From an uncultured Thermoleophilaceae bacterium (GTDB lineage: Bacteria; Actinomycetota; Thermoleophilia; Solirubrobacterales; Thermoleophilaceae), in assembly GCA_963764665.1 (NCBI GenBank), contig CAVXTL010000016.1:438-64437 (forward strand): a DNA stretch of 64,000 nt, in the 5' to 3' direction. A program made the translations under genes and the position numbers. This document shows, in pieces, positions 37,248-46,890 of this stretch (its first letter is position 1; every line of letters begins with the position of its first letter). The notes under the pieces are model-generated. The model was not told where the DNA came from and did not search any database. It worked only from the letters and a program-made list of their open reading frames with translations.

Positions 37248-37420
37248 GGAAGGGACTCGGCGCCCGGACTGCTCGGAGGGCGAAGTACCTGCGCAGCCGC
37301 AACCGGCCGCGGGAAGCCGATCGGCGGGCTTCACGGTAGCAGCAGCACCCCCCTGCCGGAAGACCCTGGAGGGCCGGTTCGGCTGAGTCTGACGCTACCC
37401 TCCGGCGCCGTTTCTCCGCC

Positions 37421-39415
37421 GTGCGCGCACTCCTCTCCTCCACCCTGGCCCTGCTCGCGCTGACCGTCGCGCTGCCGGACGCTGCGCGCGCTCAGGTGGG
37501 CGCGCCCGAACCCGGAACGCCCCAGCCCGCACCGGAGCTCGAGGTCCAGGCGCCGACCAAGCGCCTGCTGGTCCGCGAGGGCCAGGACGGACGGCTCCTG
37601 CTCGGGGGCCGTTGGTACTTCCGCCAGGACGACCTGTTCGTGGGCGAGGCCCAGGGCTGGTATCGCCAGCGCGACCTCGCTGGCTGGAGCCGTGAGCGCG
37701 TGCCGAGCAGCTGGAACGCCCAGGACCTCGACCAGAACCGCGCGAGCGTCGGCTGGTACCGCAAGGAGTTCACGCTGCCCGAGGCGCCGAAGGACGTGCA
37801 GCGGTTCTGGAAGGTGCGCTTCGAGGGGGTGAACTACCGCAGCACCGTCTGGCTCAACGGGCGCAGACTCGGGAGCTTCGTGGGCTACTTCCCCTTCGAG
37901 CTCGATCTCACCGGTCTGCGCCGCGGCCGCAACACGCTGGTGCTGAAGGTCTCGAGCCTGCGCGGCCGGACCGACCTGACCCACTGGCGCCCCGCGCCTT
38001 TCAACGGCTTCGGCACGGGCGGCTGGTGGAACTTCGGTGGGATCCTGCGGGAGGTCTACGTACGGCCGATCGACACGATCGACGTCCAGGATGTGCGTGC
38101 GCTTCCGCGGCTCGACTGCGTCCGCTGCCGGGCGCGCGTGGCCGTGCGCACCACCCTCCGCAACCTCTCCGGCAAGCCGCGCGACGTGGCGCTGACGCTA
38201 CGCGTGCGCGGACCCGGGCTGGACGAGCGCATCGCGCTGAAGCCGCAGCGGCTGGCCGCGCGCACGCGGCGCGAGATCGGCACGCGGGTCGACATCGCGC
38301 GCCCGAAGCTGTGGCAGCCCGGGAGCCCCGTGCTCTACACGCTGTCCGCCTCGGCGGAGACGGTGGAGCCCAAGCGCAAGAAGCAGAAGGAACCCGAGCT
38401 GGTGCGCCGCGGCACGTACCGCCTGAGCTTCGGCGTGCGAAAGCTCGAGACCCGGCGCGGCGTGCTCTATCTGAACGGGCGTCGCCTGCGCCTGCGCGGT
38501 GCCAGCATCCACGAGGACGACATCGTCACCGGCGGAGCGCTCACTTCTGCCACGCGCTCGTCCCTGGTGCGCCGGCTCGTGGACCTCGGAGCGACGGTCA
38601 CCCGCGCGCACTATCCGCTGCATCCGGCGTTCCTCGAGGCCTTCGACCGGCTCGGCATCCTCTACTGGGCGCAGGCGCCGGTGTACCAGCTGCCCAACTC
38701 GTTCTTCGATCTGCCCGCGGTGCGCGCCTCGGCCACGAGGGCGGTGCGGCTGACGGTGGAGAACAACCTCAACCACGCGTCCGTGTTCGCCTGGTCGCTC
38801 GTGAACGAGCCGGCCGGCAGCAGGTCGGAGCTCGGCCGGATCGGCCCGGGGCTCGAAGCCTTCATCCGCGACGGCGCCGCCGCGGCGCGGGAGATCGACG
38901 ACACCCGGCTGATCGCAATCGACCGCCAAGCACGCGACGGGGAGCCGCTCACCTCGCCCGCGTACCGGTACCTGGACGCCCTCGGAGTGAATGAGTACTT
39001 CGGCTGGTACGACTCGTACCGCCCCGACCTGGTCCGGCCGCCCACGACCACGGCCGAGCTCGGGCCGTACCTCGACGCGCTGCACCGCGCCAACCCGGCC
39101 CTCCCTCTGGTGATCACCGAGTACGGGGCCGAGGCGTCGCGTCCCGGCCCGGTCAGCGAGCCGGGCAGCTACCAGTTCCAGACGAAGTACACGATCGACC
39201 ATCTGCGGATCCACAACTCCAAGCGCTACATCGCCGGCTCGATCGCCTGGGCGCTGCGGGACTTCCGGGTCGAGCCCGGATGGCGCGGCGGCGCGCCGCT
39301 CGCCTACGCGACTCCCCCGTGGAACAACAAGAGCCTGATCGAGGAGACGAACGTGCGGAAGCCCGTGTACTCGGAGCTGCGCAAGCGCTGGCGGAACACG
39401 AGGCCGCTCGGGTGA
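37421..39415 (+). CDS. Secreted glycoside hydrolase family 2
   Basis: The signal peptide is MRALLSSTLALLALTVALPDAARA. The GH2 sugar-binding pattern is WYRKEFTLP...VRFEGVNYRSTVWLNG. The TIM-barrel motifs are WSLVNEP (acid/base) and ITEYGAEA (nucleophile). Confidence 0.85.
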   Translation: MRALLSSTLALLALTVALPDAARAQVGAPEPGTPQPAPELEVQAPTKRLLVREGQDGRLLLGGRWYFRQDDLFVGEAQGWYRQRDLAGWSRERVPSSWNAQDLDQNRASVGWYRKEFTLPEAPKDVQRFWKVRFEGVNYRSTVWLNGRRLGSFVGYFPFELDLTGLRRGRNTLVLKVSSLRGRTDLTHWRPAPFNGFGTGGWWNFGGILREVYVRPIDTIDVQDVRALPRLDCVRCRARVAVRTTLRNLSGKPRDVALTLRVRGPGLDERIALKPQRLAARTRREIGTRVDIARPKLWQPGSPVLYTLSASAETVEPKRKKQKEPELVRRGTYRLSFGVRKLETRRGVLYLNGRRLRLRGASIHEDDIVTGGALTSATRSSLVRRLVDLGATVTRAHYPLHPAFLEAFDRLGILYWAQAPVYQLPNSFFDLPAVRASATRAVRLTVENNLNHASVFAWSLVNEPAGSRSELGRIGPGLEAFIRDGAAAAREIDDTRLIAIDRQARDGEPLTSPAYRYLDALGVNEYFGWYDSYRPDLVRPPTTTAELGPYLDALHRANPALPLVITEYGAEASRPGPVSEPGSYQFQTKYTIDHLRIHNSKRYIAGSIAWALRDFRVEPGWRGGAPLAYATPPWNNKSLIEETNVRKPVYSELRKRWRNTRPLG

Positions 39416-39447
39416 TCCAAGAGCTGCCGCTTGTACGCTCCGCCGCC

Positions 39448-39801
39448 TTGAGACGCCTGCTCCTCATCGCGGTGGCCGCGGCCGCGCTCCCCGGCTGCAC
39501 CATCGGCTCGGGCAACGGCGAGCCCGGCGACGACGACGCCGACAAGCGCGGCGCCGCGATCTCCTGCCTCACCGAGGACAAGGGGCTCACCGCGAACGAG
39601 GAAGGCAAGAACGAGGTGCTCGTGGGAGACCCCGAGACCGGCCCGCGGATCGTCTTCTACCTGACCAGCGGGCAGGCCGAGGCGGCCCAGTTCGAGGGCG
39701 ACGGCGAGGGGGCCGAGCAGATCGGCAGCGCGCTGCTCTTCGTACGTGGGGCGAGCGAGGACGAGCTCGAGGAAGTGGAGGCGTGCCTCACCGACCTGTA
39801 A
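39448..39801 (+). CDS. Small acidic lipoprotein
   Basis: The TTG at 39448 gives (M)RRLLLIAVAAAALPGC, a lipobox. An alternative GTG at 39412 overlaps the GH2 stop (GTGA). GC3 is high. Confidence 0.55.
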   Translation: MRRLLLIAVAAAALPGCTIGSGNGEPGDDDADKRGAAISCLTEDKGLTANEEGKNEVLVGDPETGPRIVFYLTSGQAEAAQFEGDGEGAEQIGSALLFVRGASEDELEEVEACLTDL

Positions 39802-39807
39802 GGGCGG

Positions 39808-41937
39808 TCAGATCCCGCCCAGGCGCTCCAGCGATCCGTCGGGCGCGACCTCGAACACGTCGATCCGGTTGCGCCCGCGGCGCAGGGCCGACTCCGGCAC
39901 CATCACGGAGAACAGCTCGCCGGTCTCGCCCTCGGCCAGCGTGAAGGTGTTGCCGACCGCGGCGATGCGGCCGTTCAGCGCCACCGCGATTTCGCGCGGA
40001 GCGCTCCCGTCATCGTCGATGAGCCCCACCGGATGGGTCGGCACGAAGTCGGAGTCCGGATTCACGTCGGCCCAGTCGGAGGAGTCGAGGATCTTCACGG
40101 AGCCCCTGCCGCCGCCCTCCGCGACGCGGCGGCCGATCAGCTCCTGGTGCGGCCCGATCCGGAACATCCGCAGCGGGCCGTCGGACCCGCTGCCGAAGAG
40201 GGCCTGGTTGCGGTCGCGCACGACCGCCTTCCTTTGCTCGAACTCGTCGGCGGAGAAGCGCAACGGCTCGAAGGTGTTGCGCTGGAGGATCCGCAGCGCA
40301 CGCCGGCGCTTGACCGTGTCGCTGTAGGCCGAGCGGCCGTCCATCTTCACCTTCGGATCGATGTTCAGGATGTCCAGGATCGTCGGCAGGATGTCGATCG
40401 TCTCGACGTACGCGTCGTTGACCTTGCCGCTCTCCTGACCGGGCGCCTTGATGAACAGCGGGATCGGCGCGATCTCGCCGTAGTTCTCACGGTCGAGGCG
40501 GCGCCGCTCGCGCCGTCCCTTGATGAAGGAGGTGCCGTGGTCGGCCGCGACGACGATCAGCGCGTCGTCCCACATGCCCTCCTCCTTGAGGTGGCGCCAG
40601 AGCTCCTGGAGGAGCAGGTCGGCGAAGCCGGTCTGCAGGAAGTGGCGCTGGAGCAGCACGTCCAGCTGGCCCTGGTCGTTGTAGGCCTGGTTCGACAGGC
40701 CGGGGACCGCGTCGTTCGGCTGGCGCCGGTAACGGCGGCCCGAGGGCATGAACTGCCACGGCACGTGGGGCATCAGCGTGTGCTTGAAGTTCAGGCTCGG
40801 CCGCTGCCCGGGCTTGATCTGGTCGACCCACTCCTCGAAGCGCGCCCTGCGCCCACCGGCCAGGTTGGACCGGGTGTTGGTCCTGTTGTTGTCCGACGAG
40901 CTGTTGCCGCTGCCGGCGCCACCCGAGCCGCCGAAGTCGCCCCAGTTCTCCGAGACGGAGTCCAGGTCCTCCTCGATGCCGGGCGGCGACGCCACGTGGA
41001 GCCACACCAGCCCGAGGTCCTCGCTCATGGAGGAGATGCGGTCGCCGTACGGCTCGTCCGCGCGCGTGTCCTCGCAGAGGTCGCGCGAGCAGACCGACGT
41101 GGCCTCCTCGGAGACGTTCAGCCGGTGTGTCTTGGCGAACAGCGAGAAGATGCTGTTCGGGTGGTCCGCGGAGATCGGCAGGCGGTCCTTGGCCGGAAGG
41201 TCGCCGTCCATGATCGCCGGCTGCGCGCGCTCGGTCGAGTCATAGATCGTGAATGCGTTCTTGAACCAGGTCGCGTTGCGCGCCAGCTCGGCGAAGCCCG
41301 GGTAGCGCGCCGTGTCGAGCCGGTCGCGATCGTCCACCAGAGTGTTCGACGGAAGCTCGTCGAGCAGCACCATCACGATCGGCGCCTGCGTGACGCCGCC
41401 GACGGTCCGAGCGCCCGCCTCGTCCGGGAACGCCAGCTTGGACACCGGCGAGCCCAGGAGGAAGAGGAGCAGGAAAACGAGCGGCGCGGGCGTGAGGATG
41501 TTGAGGAACGAGCGCAGCGGCTCGGCCCGCGCGTACAGCGCCGCCAGCGCGACTCCGATCGCGGCGGACAGTCCGATCAGGACGGCGTCCGAGCCGTCGA
41601 TGGACTTCTTGAGCGCCTGCACGGCGATCAGGGCCACAAGCGCGGCGATGAAGACCAGGTGCGCCCCCTTGAAGGCGCCGCGGCCGAACGGGCGCACGAG
41701 CAGCTCGATACCCAGCAGCAGCAGCGGCGGCAGCAGCACCAGCAGTAGCGAGAACGAGATGATGTCCCACCCCGAGGAGCCGCGGGCCGCGAAGAACTCG
41801 GGGTTGTCGCCGAGCAGGTCGAAGAGCGGCTGGGCGACGGCGAACGTCCACAGCACCGCCAGGTTGGCGAAGTGCCAGAGCGCCTCCTTCAGCAAGCTGG
41901 GCTGCGGGCGCGGCTCAGCCGCTCCCTCGGTGGCCAT
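39808..41937 (-). CDS. Membrane-anchored sulfatase-domain transferase (LtaS/EptA/OpgB-like, alkaline phosphatase superfamily)
   Basis: 709 aa from the ATG at 41937. Five N-terminal helices are followed by an extracytoplasmic domain with VMVLLDELPSNTL and YDSTERAQPAIMDG. It has no C-x-P-x-R signature. Confidence 0.78.
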   Translation of the reverse strand: MATEGAAEPRPQPSLLKEALWHFANLAVLWTFAVAQPLFDLLGDNPEFFAARGSSGWDIISFSLLLVLLPPLLLLGIELLVRPFGRGAFKGAHLVFIAALVALIAVQALKKSIDGSDAVLIGLSAAIGVALAALYARAEPLRSFLNILTPAPLVFLLLFLLGSPVSKLAFPDEAGARTVGGVTQAPIVMVLLDELPSNTLVDDRDRLDTARYPGFAELARNATWFKNAFTIYDSTERAQPAIMDGDLPAKDRLPISADHPNSIFSLFAKTHRLNVSEEATSVCSRDLCEDTRADEPYGDRISSMSEDLGLVWLHVASPPGIEEDLDSVSENWGDFGGSGGAGSGNSSSDNNRTNTRSNLAGGRRARFEEWVDQIKPGQRPSLNFKHTLMPHVPWQFMPSGRRYRRQPNDAVPGLSNQAYNDQGQLDVLLQRHFLQTGFADLLLQELWRHLKEEGMWDDALIVVAADHGTSFIKGRRERRRLDRENYGEIAPIPLFIKAPGQESGKVNDAYVETIDILPTILDILNIDPKVKMDGRSAYSDTVKRRRALRILQRNTFEPLRFSADEFEQRKAVVRDRNQALFGSGSDGPLRMFRIGPHQELIGRRVAEGGGRGSVKILDSSDWADVNPDSDFVPTHPVGLIDDDGSAPREIAVALNGRIAAVGNTFTLAEGETGELFSVMVPESALRRGRNRIDVFEVAPDGSLERLGGI

Positions 41938-43352
41938 CAGCCTTTCGGGCGGGCGTGGTACAGAACCCGGGTGCCCGACTCGAGGCGCTCCGAGCGCTCG
42001 ATCTCGAAGGCCTCGCCGAGGCAGCGCTCGAAGAACCCGAGCTCGTAGTCCGGGTGGAGCCCTTCGCGCTTGGGGGCCAGCAGCTTCTTGACCATCGGAT
42101 CCTCGAGCGTGGGGAACTCGATCACGAGCGCGGAGCCAAGGCTCGCAAGCCAGTCCACGAACTCCTTGACCGGCACGTTGGCGCTGATGGCGACGTGGTG
42201 GATGAGCGCGAGAGCCAGCACCAGGTCGGGCTTGCCGCGGTCCGGCATTGACCTGCGCTCGAGCCCGCGCCACCCGAGACCCGGCGACGGGTCGGCGAGG
42301 TTCATGGTCAGCGTGAGGATCTTCTCGTCGCCCTCGTCGCGAAGGTCGCGGTAGAGCAGCTCCATGGGACCCTGGTCGGCGTCGACCGCCACGACCGTGG
42401 AAGCGCCCTCGGCGGCGATGCGCGAGTAGCGCCCGTTGTTCGCGCCGATGTCCCAGACGAGATCCCAGTGGCGCGAGGTGGCCACCGACCGCACGAACTC
42501 GTCCTTGCGGGCGGCATCGTCGTCCGTGTAGGAGTTCCGCTCGCCGTAGGCCGTCCAAACACCCTCGGGCGGGCTCCAGTCGAGCCGCTCGACCATCTTG
42601 CGCATCTTGCGCACGTTGGCCATCACGATCTCCCGCTTGAGCCCGCGGCGCTTGACCTGGTCCTTGACCTCCTGAGGGCGGTCGGCGTAGCGCTTCTCGA
42701 GACGCGCGTGGAGGAAGACGTTGGTGAACACGCCGCGCCGGAAACGGTCCCGGAACGAGAGCAGCGAGGCCATCTCGGCCGGTCTGATCCCGTCGATCGA
42801 CCCGCGCATCCAGGGGTGGAACGGCACGTCCTTCGCCGCCTGGAGCAGCAGCGGATACAGGTAGAGCATGCAGAACTGGCGGTATCCCACCCACGGCTCG
42901 CCCTCGCGCAGCCGCTCGTACGAGCCGATGTCCACGAACAACGGGCGCGCGCCGCGGAACTGGACGTTGTAGGGCGTGGAGTCCTTCAAGACCATGTCCT
43001 GCTCCAATGCCGCGAGGAGCAGGTCCAGCTGCACGAGCGCGGCGTCCTTGAGCATCGAGAAGGTCCACTCGTACGGATAGGACACGAACGGGATGCGCTC
43101 GTGCCGTAGCACCCCGGCGGGCTCGTGCACGAGCAGGCCGCGAAGCGCCTCGGTGCTCTCGGCCCGCTCGGTGCGAACGAGGCGCTCGTCGTCCAGCAGG
43201 CCGGCGTCAACCAGTGCCTGGAAGTCGCTCAGGCCGTCGGCCGAGAGGGCGCGGTAGACCTCGCCGCCGCTGTAGAACACACGGCTCTCGGGGTCACGGA
43301 AGCTGCCTGGCTCGAGGCCGGATTCGGCGCTGATGTTGTCGGGCGGCCGCAT
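41937..43352 (-). CDS. Large class I SAM-dependent methyltransferase (NoeA-like)
   Basis: 471 aa. The N-terminal region is FRDPESRVF...YPYEWTFSMLKDAAL...LKDSTPYNVQF. The C-terminal Rossmann region is VWDIGANNGRYSRIAAE. Its stop overlaps the downstream start by 1 nt. Confidence 0.72.
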   Translation of the reverse strand: MRPPDNISAESGLEPGSFRDPESRVFYSGGEVYRALSADGLSDFQALVDAGLLDDERLVRTERAESTEALRGLLVHEPAGVLRHERIPFVSYPYEWTFSMLKDAALVQLDLLLAALEQDMVLKDSTPYNVQFRGARPLFVDIGSYERLREGEPWVGYRQFCMLYLYPLLLQAAKDVPFHPWMRGSIDGIRPAEMASLLSFRDRFRRGVFTNVFLHARLEKRYADRPQEVKDQVKRRGLKREIVMANVRKMRKMVERLDWSPPEGVWTAYGERNSYTDDDAARKDEFVRSVATSRHWDLVWDIGANNGRYSRIAAEGASTVVAVDADQGPMELLYRDLRDEGDEKILTLTMNLADPSPGLGWRGLERRSMPDRGKPDLVLALALIHHVAISANVPVKEFVDWLASLGSALVIEFPTLEDPMVKKLLAPKREGLHPDYELGFFERCLGEAFEIERSERLESGTRVLYHARPKG

Positions 43353-43412
43353 GGGCGGCGCCGAATAGTAGAGACGGATGCCGGATGGCCGCGAGCGGCC
43401 CTCCGGCCCTCG

Positions 43413-43613
43413 CTAGACGGAGTCCGTACTCCCCGTGGAGCTCGTGGAGCTGGGCTCGGCCGTCTCCGGCTCGTCCTTGCGGATCCGCAGGAAGCGCAGG
43501 ATGCGGTCCCAGTACAGCTTGGCAGTGACGGCCACGGCCGCGACTCCGCCGGCCAGGATCTGGAGGATCATGCTCCCGCTGCCGGGATCCAGGTATGCGA
43601 GAACGGTGGTCAT
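43413..43613 (-). CDS. Small single-pass membrane protein
   Basis: 66 aa: MTTVLAYLDPGSGSMILQILAGGVAAVAVTAKLYWDRILRFLRIRKDE... It has high GC3, one helix and a basic juxtamembrane segment. It is the first gene of the minus-strand operon. Confidence 0.5.
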   Translation of the reverse strand: MTTVLAYLDPGSGSMILQILAGGVAAVAVTAKLYWDRILRFLRIRKDEPETAEPSSTSSTGSTDSV

Positions 43614-43844
43614 CGTCTTGGTCGGGCTCCGTAGTTCGGGAAGCGGAGGAGGCTAGCAGAGGTGTTGCCACAATGTGACCGTTGGGCCCCCGTCCCGGCA
43701 GGCTTCGCCCGGCTGTGTGAAAGCCCTGCAAAAACGAGGTAAACACCGGCTCCTCGCGACCCGCGTGCGGGGGTCACCGTGTACCCCATTCGGGGGCGTC
43801 TCGGCCCTTCGCCGCCCATGCGGTCTTTACGCTACGCCCAGCAC

Positions 43845-44927
43845 ATGAAGCTGATCATCCAGATCCCCTGCTTCAACGAGGAGGAGACCCTTCCCGGCAC
43901 CCTGGCCGACCTTCCCCGGGAGGTACCCGGAATGGACTCCGTCGAGTGGCTCGTGATCGACGACGGGTCGACCGACCGCACGGTGGACGTCGCGCGCGAG
44001 CACGGCGTGGACCACATCGTCCGTCTCACGAACAACCGCGGCCTTGCCGCCGCCTTCCAATCCGGGCTCGACGCCTGCCTCAAGCTCGATGCCGACGTGA
44101 TCGTCAACACCGACGCCGACAACCAGTACCAGGGCGCCGACATCGTGCTCCTGGTCGAGCCGATAGCCGCGGGCAAGGCCGACATGGTCATCGGCGACCG
44201 GCAGACGGACACGATCGCCCATTTCTCGCCCATCAAGAAGTGGCTCCAGCGCTTCGGCAGCGCGGTGGTGCGGCGCGCCTCCGGGACCAGCATCGCCGAC
44301 ACCACCTCCGGGTTCCGTGCCTACAACCGGGAGGCCGCGCTTCAGCTGCAGGTGGTCTCGAAGTTCACGTACACACTCGAGTCGCTGATCCAGGCCGGGA
44401 AGATGCTCGTGGCGGTCGAGCACGTGCCGGTGCGGACCAACGAGCAGACCCGCCCGTCGCGCCTGTTCCCGTCGATGTGGTCGTACGTTCGCCGCAACGG
44501 CATCTCCATCTTCCGGATCTACGCGCTGTACGAGCCGCTGCGGGTGTTCGTGGCGGCCGCGGCGTTCGTGGCCCTTTTCGGTGTGGTGCTCTGGGTCCGG
44601 TTCGCCTGGTTCTTCATCGAGGGCGAGGGCGACGGCCACATCCAGTCGCTGATCGTCGGTGCCACGCTGTTCATCGTCGCCGTGCAGCTGCTCGCCCTCG
44701 GAGTGGTAGGCGACATCCTCGCCGGCAGCCGGGTGCTCCAACAGCGGATCCTCGAGCGCGTCCGCCGGGTGGAGCTCCAGCTCGGCGTCGAGCCCTCGCA
44801 CTACGAGCCGGGCAGGACGCAGGGCGAGCGGGAGGCCACCACCGGCGCCCAGGCCGGCGCGGCCACCGGCAAGCCAGCCACGCCCGAGGACCCGGCCGAC
44901 CCCACCCGCCAGGCGGTCAAGCTGTGA
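43845..44927 (+). CDS. GT2 polyprenyl-phosphate glycosyltransferase (GtrB/DPM1/ArnC-like)
   Basis: It contains IIQIPCFNEEETL, VIDDGSTDRT, the DXD-like motif NTDADNQ and TSGFRAYN. Two C-terminal transmembrane helices are present, as in GtrB/ArnC. Confidence 0.88.
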   Translation: MKLIIQIPCFNEEETLPGTLADLPREVPGMDSVEWLVIDDGSTDRTVDVAREHGVDHIVRLTNNRGLAAAFQSGLDACLKLDADVIVNTDADNQYQGADIVLLVEPIAAGKADMVIGDRQTDTIAHFSPIKKWLQRFGSAVVRRASGTSIADTTSGFRAYNREAALQLQVVSKFTYTLESLIQAGKMLVAVEHVPVRTNEQTRPSRLFPSMWSYVRRNGISIFRIYALYEPLRVFVAAAAFVALFGVVLWVRFAWFFIEGEGDGHIQSLIVGATLFIVAVQLLALGVVGDILAGSRVLQQRILERVRRVELQLGVEPSHYEPGRTQGEREATTGAQAGAATGKPATPEDPADPTRQAVKL

Positions 44928-45553
44928 GCGGGGGCGCCGCGGCCCCGAGCGCGGACGTCCCGACCGGGAACACCTTCGACAAGTACGGGTCCACGAACCC
45001 CGTGGTCAGGCGGCTGATGACCGGCTTCCACGCGAGCCTCGACGAGCTCTGGACGGCCGCCGCGCCCGAATCGCTCCTGGACGTGGGGTGCGGCGAAGGT
45101 GTGCTCACGGTCGAGTGGGCGGAGCGCCTCGGGGACCGGCGCGTGGTGGGCATCGACCTCGACGATCCGAAGCTGGCGGCCGAATGGGCCAAGCGGCGGC
45201 GGGACAACCTCGAGTTCCGGACCGCCGACGCCACGGCGCTCACGTTCGCGGACGACGAGTTCGACGTGGCCACGGCGATCGAGGTGCTCGAGCACGTGCC
45301 CGAGCCCGAGGCCACGGTGGCCGAGATGGCCCGCGTAGCGCGCCGCCGGCTGCTCGTGTCGGTGCCGCGGGAGCCCCTGTGGCGCGGCCTCAACGTGGCG
45401 CGCGGCGCGTACCTCCGGCAACTCGGCAACACGCCGGGTCACGTGAACCACTGGTCCCGGCGCTCGTTCGCCTCGCTGCTCGCACGCCACGGCACGGTCG
45501 AGCAGGTGCGCTCGCCCTTCCCGTGGACGATGCTCCTGGTGCGAGTGGACTAG
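44924..45553 (+). CDS. Class I SAM-dependent methyltransferase (Methyltransf_11-like)
   Basis: The GTG at 44924 overlaps the GT2 stop (GTGA). Motif I is LLDVGCGEGVL, followed by AIEVLEHVPEP. Confidence 0.85.
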   Translation: MSGGAAAPSADVPTGNTFDKYGSTNPVVRRLMTGFHASLDELWTAAAPESLLDVGCGEGVLTVEWAERLGDRRVVGIDLDDPKLAAEWAKRRRDNLEFRTADATALTFADDEFDVATAIEVLEHVPEPEATVAEMARVARRRLLVSVPREPLWRGLNVARGAYLRQLGNTPGHVNHWSRRSFASLLARHGTVEQVRSPFPWTMLLVRVD

Positions 45554-45561
45554 ATGACTGG

Positions 45562-46887
45562 ATGAAGGGAGCCTCGACCGGTCGAGGCTATGGCCGGGGC
45601 GCGGCGATCCTCTCGGTGGGGATCGGCGCCACCGGGCTGATCACCTTCGCGTACTTCTCACTCGCCAGCCACGCGCTCTCCGAGGAGCAGTACGGCGAGG
45701 TGGCGCTGCTCTGGTCGGCCATCTTCATCACGGTCTCGGTGCTCTACCGGCCGGTGGAGCAGCTCCTGTCGCGCACGATCTCGGACCGCGACGCGCGCGG
45801 CGTGGAGGGCTCGGATTACCTGCGCGTGGCCGCCACGATCCAGCTCGTGCTCGGCGTGGCCTTCGCGGTGGTCGCGCTCGTGTTCCGCGCGCCAATCCAG
45901 GACGACCTCTTCAACGGGTCCGCCACGCTCTACTGGATCCTGATCGTGGCGGTGCTGGCATACGCCGCCAGCTACTTCGCCCGCGGGTTCCTCGCGGGCC
46001 ATCGCTACTTCACGCTCTACGGCGGGCTCGTGCTGATGGAGTCCGTATCGCGCTTTCTGTTCGCGCTCGCGGTGACAGTCGGCGTGGCGGAGGGCCAGAC
46101 GGCCGTGGCGCTCGGCATGGCGGCGGCGCCGATCGTGTCGCTCACGGTGGTAGCCCCGGCCCTCGCGCGGCACCTGACACGCCGCGACCGCGGGCCCTCG
46201 CCGGACACGAACGCGCCCGCGATTCCCGACGAGCCGATGGAGCCGGAGTTCACGCTCTCGCACGGCAGCGGCTTCGCGTTCGCCGTGCTGGGGATCATGC
46301 TGGCCGAGCAGACCTTCCTCAATGCGGGGCCGCTGCTCGTGCGGGCCACCGAGGGGGAGCAGGGCGCCGCGCTGGCGGGCTTCGCCTTCAACGTCCTGCT
46401 GCTGGCACGCGCTCCGCTGGTGCTCTTCCAGGCGGTGCAGACCTCGATCCTCCCCCACCTCACGCGCCTCTGGGTGGGGGCCGGCGGCGCTGTCGACGGC
46501 GACGTGGATCCGTTCCGCCGCAGCGTCAACCTCACACTCGCGGCGATCGGCGTGTTCTCCGGCTCGGTCGCGCTCGTGATGGCGGTGGCGGGACCTCAGC
46601 TGATGGGCGTGGTGTTCGGCGGTGACTTCCACTACGACCGCGGCGGCCTGGTGCTCGTGTCGCTGGCGATGGGGCTCTACCTGTCCGCCGCGACCGTCAA
46701 CCAGGCGCTGCTCGCGCAGGGGCGGGCGCGCCAGGCGGCGATGGTCTGGGTGTCTTCGGCAGCCGCGTTCGTGGCGTTCCTCCTGCTCTCGCCGGTGAAC
46801 GACCCCGTGCTGTCGGTGGAGGTCGGGCTGCTCGGGGGCGCGGCTGTGCTGTGCACCCTCCTGCTCACGCTGTACCGTCGCGCCTGA
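45562..46887 (+). CDS. Polysaccharide/oligosaccharide flippase (MOP/Wzx-like)
   Basis: 441 aa from the ATG at 45562. It has about 12 helices and an N-terminus typical of polysaccharide biosynthesis protein family members. Confidence 0.72.
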   Translation: MKGASTGRGYGRGAAILSVGIGATGLITFAYFSLASHALSEEQYGEVALLWSAIFITVSVLYRPVEQLLSRTISDRDARGVEGSDYLRVAATIQLVLGVAFAVVALVFRAPIQDDLFNGSATLYWILIVAVLAYAASYFARGFLAGHRYFTLYGGLVLMESVSRFLFALAVTVGVAEGQTAVALGMAAAPIVSLTVVAPALARHLTRRDRGPSPDTNAPAIPDEPMEPEFTLSHGSGFAFAVLGIMLAEQTFLNAGPLLVRATEGEQGAALAGFAFNVLLLARAPLVLFQAVQTSILPHLTRLWVGAGGAVDGDVDPFRRSVNLTLAAIGVFSGSVALVMAVAGPQLMGVVFGGDFHYDRGGLVLVSLAMGLYLSAATVNQALLAQGRARQAAMVWVSSAAAFVAFLLLSPVNDPVLSVEVGLLGGAAVLCTLLLTLYRRA

Positions 46888-46890
46888 CGA

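Noticed and set aside
41938-43068. N-terminal extension of the sulfatase-domain ORF (track ORF 39808-43068)
   Set aside because: The extension overlaps the methyltransferase gene in another frame and has a junk-like composition. The membrane protein begins convincingly at MATEGAAEP (ATG at 41937).
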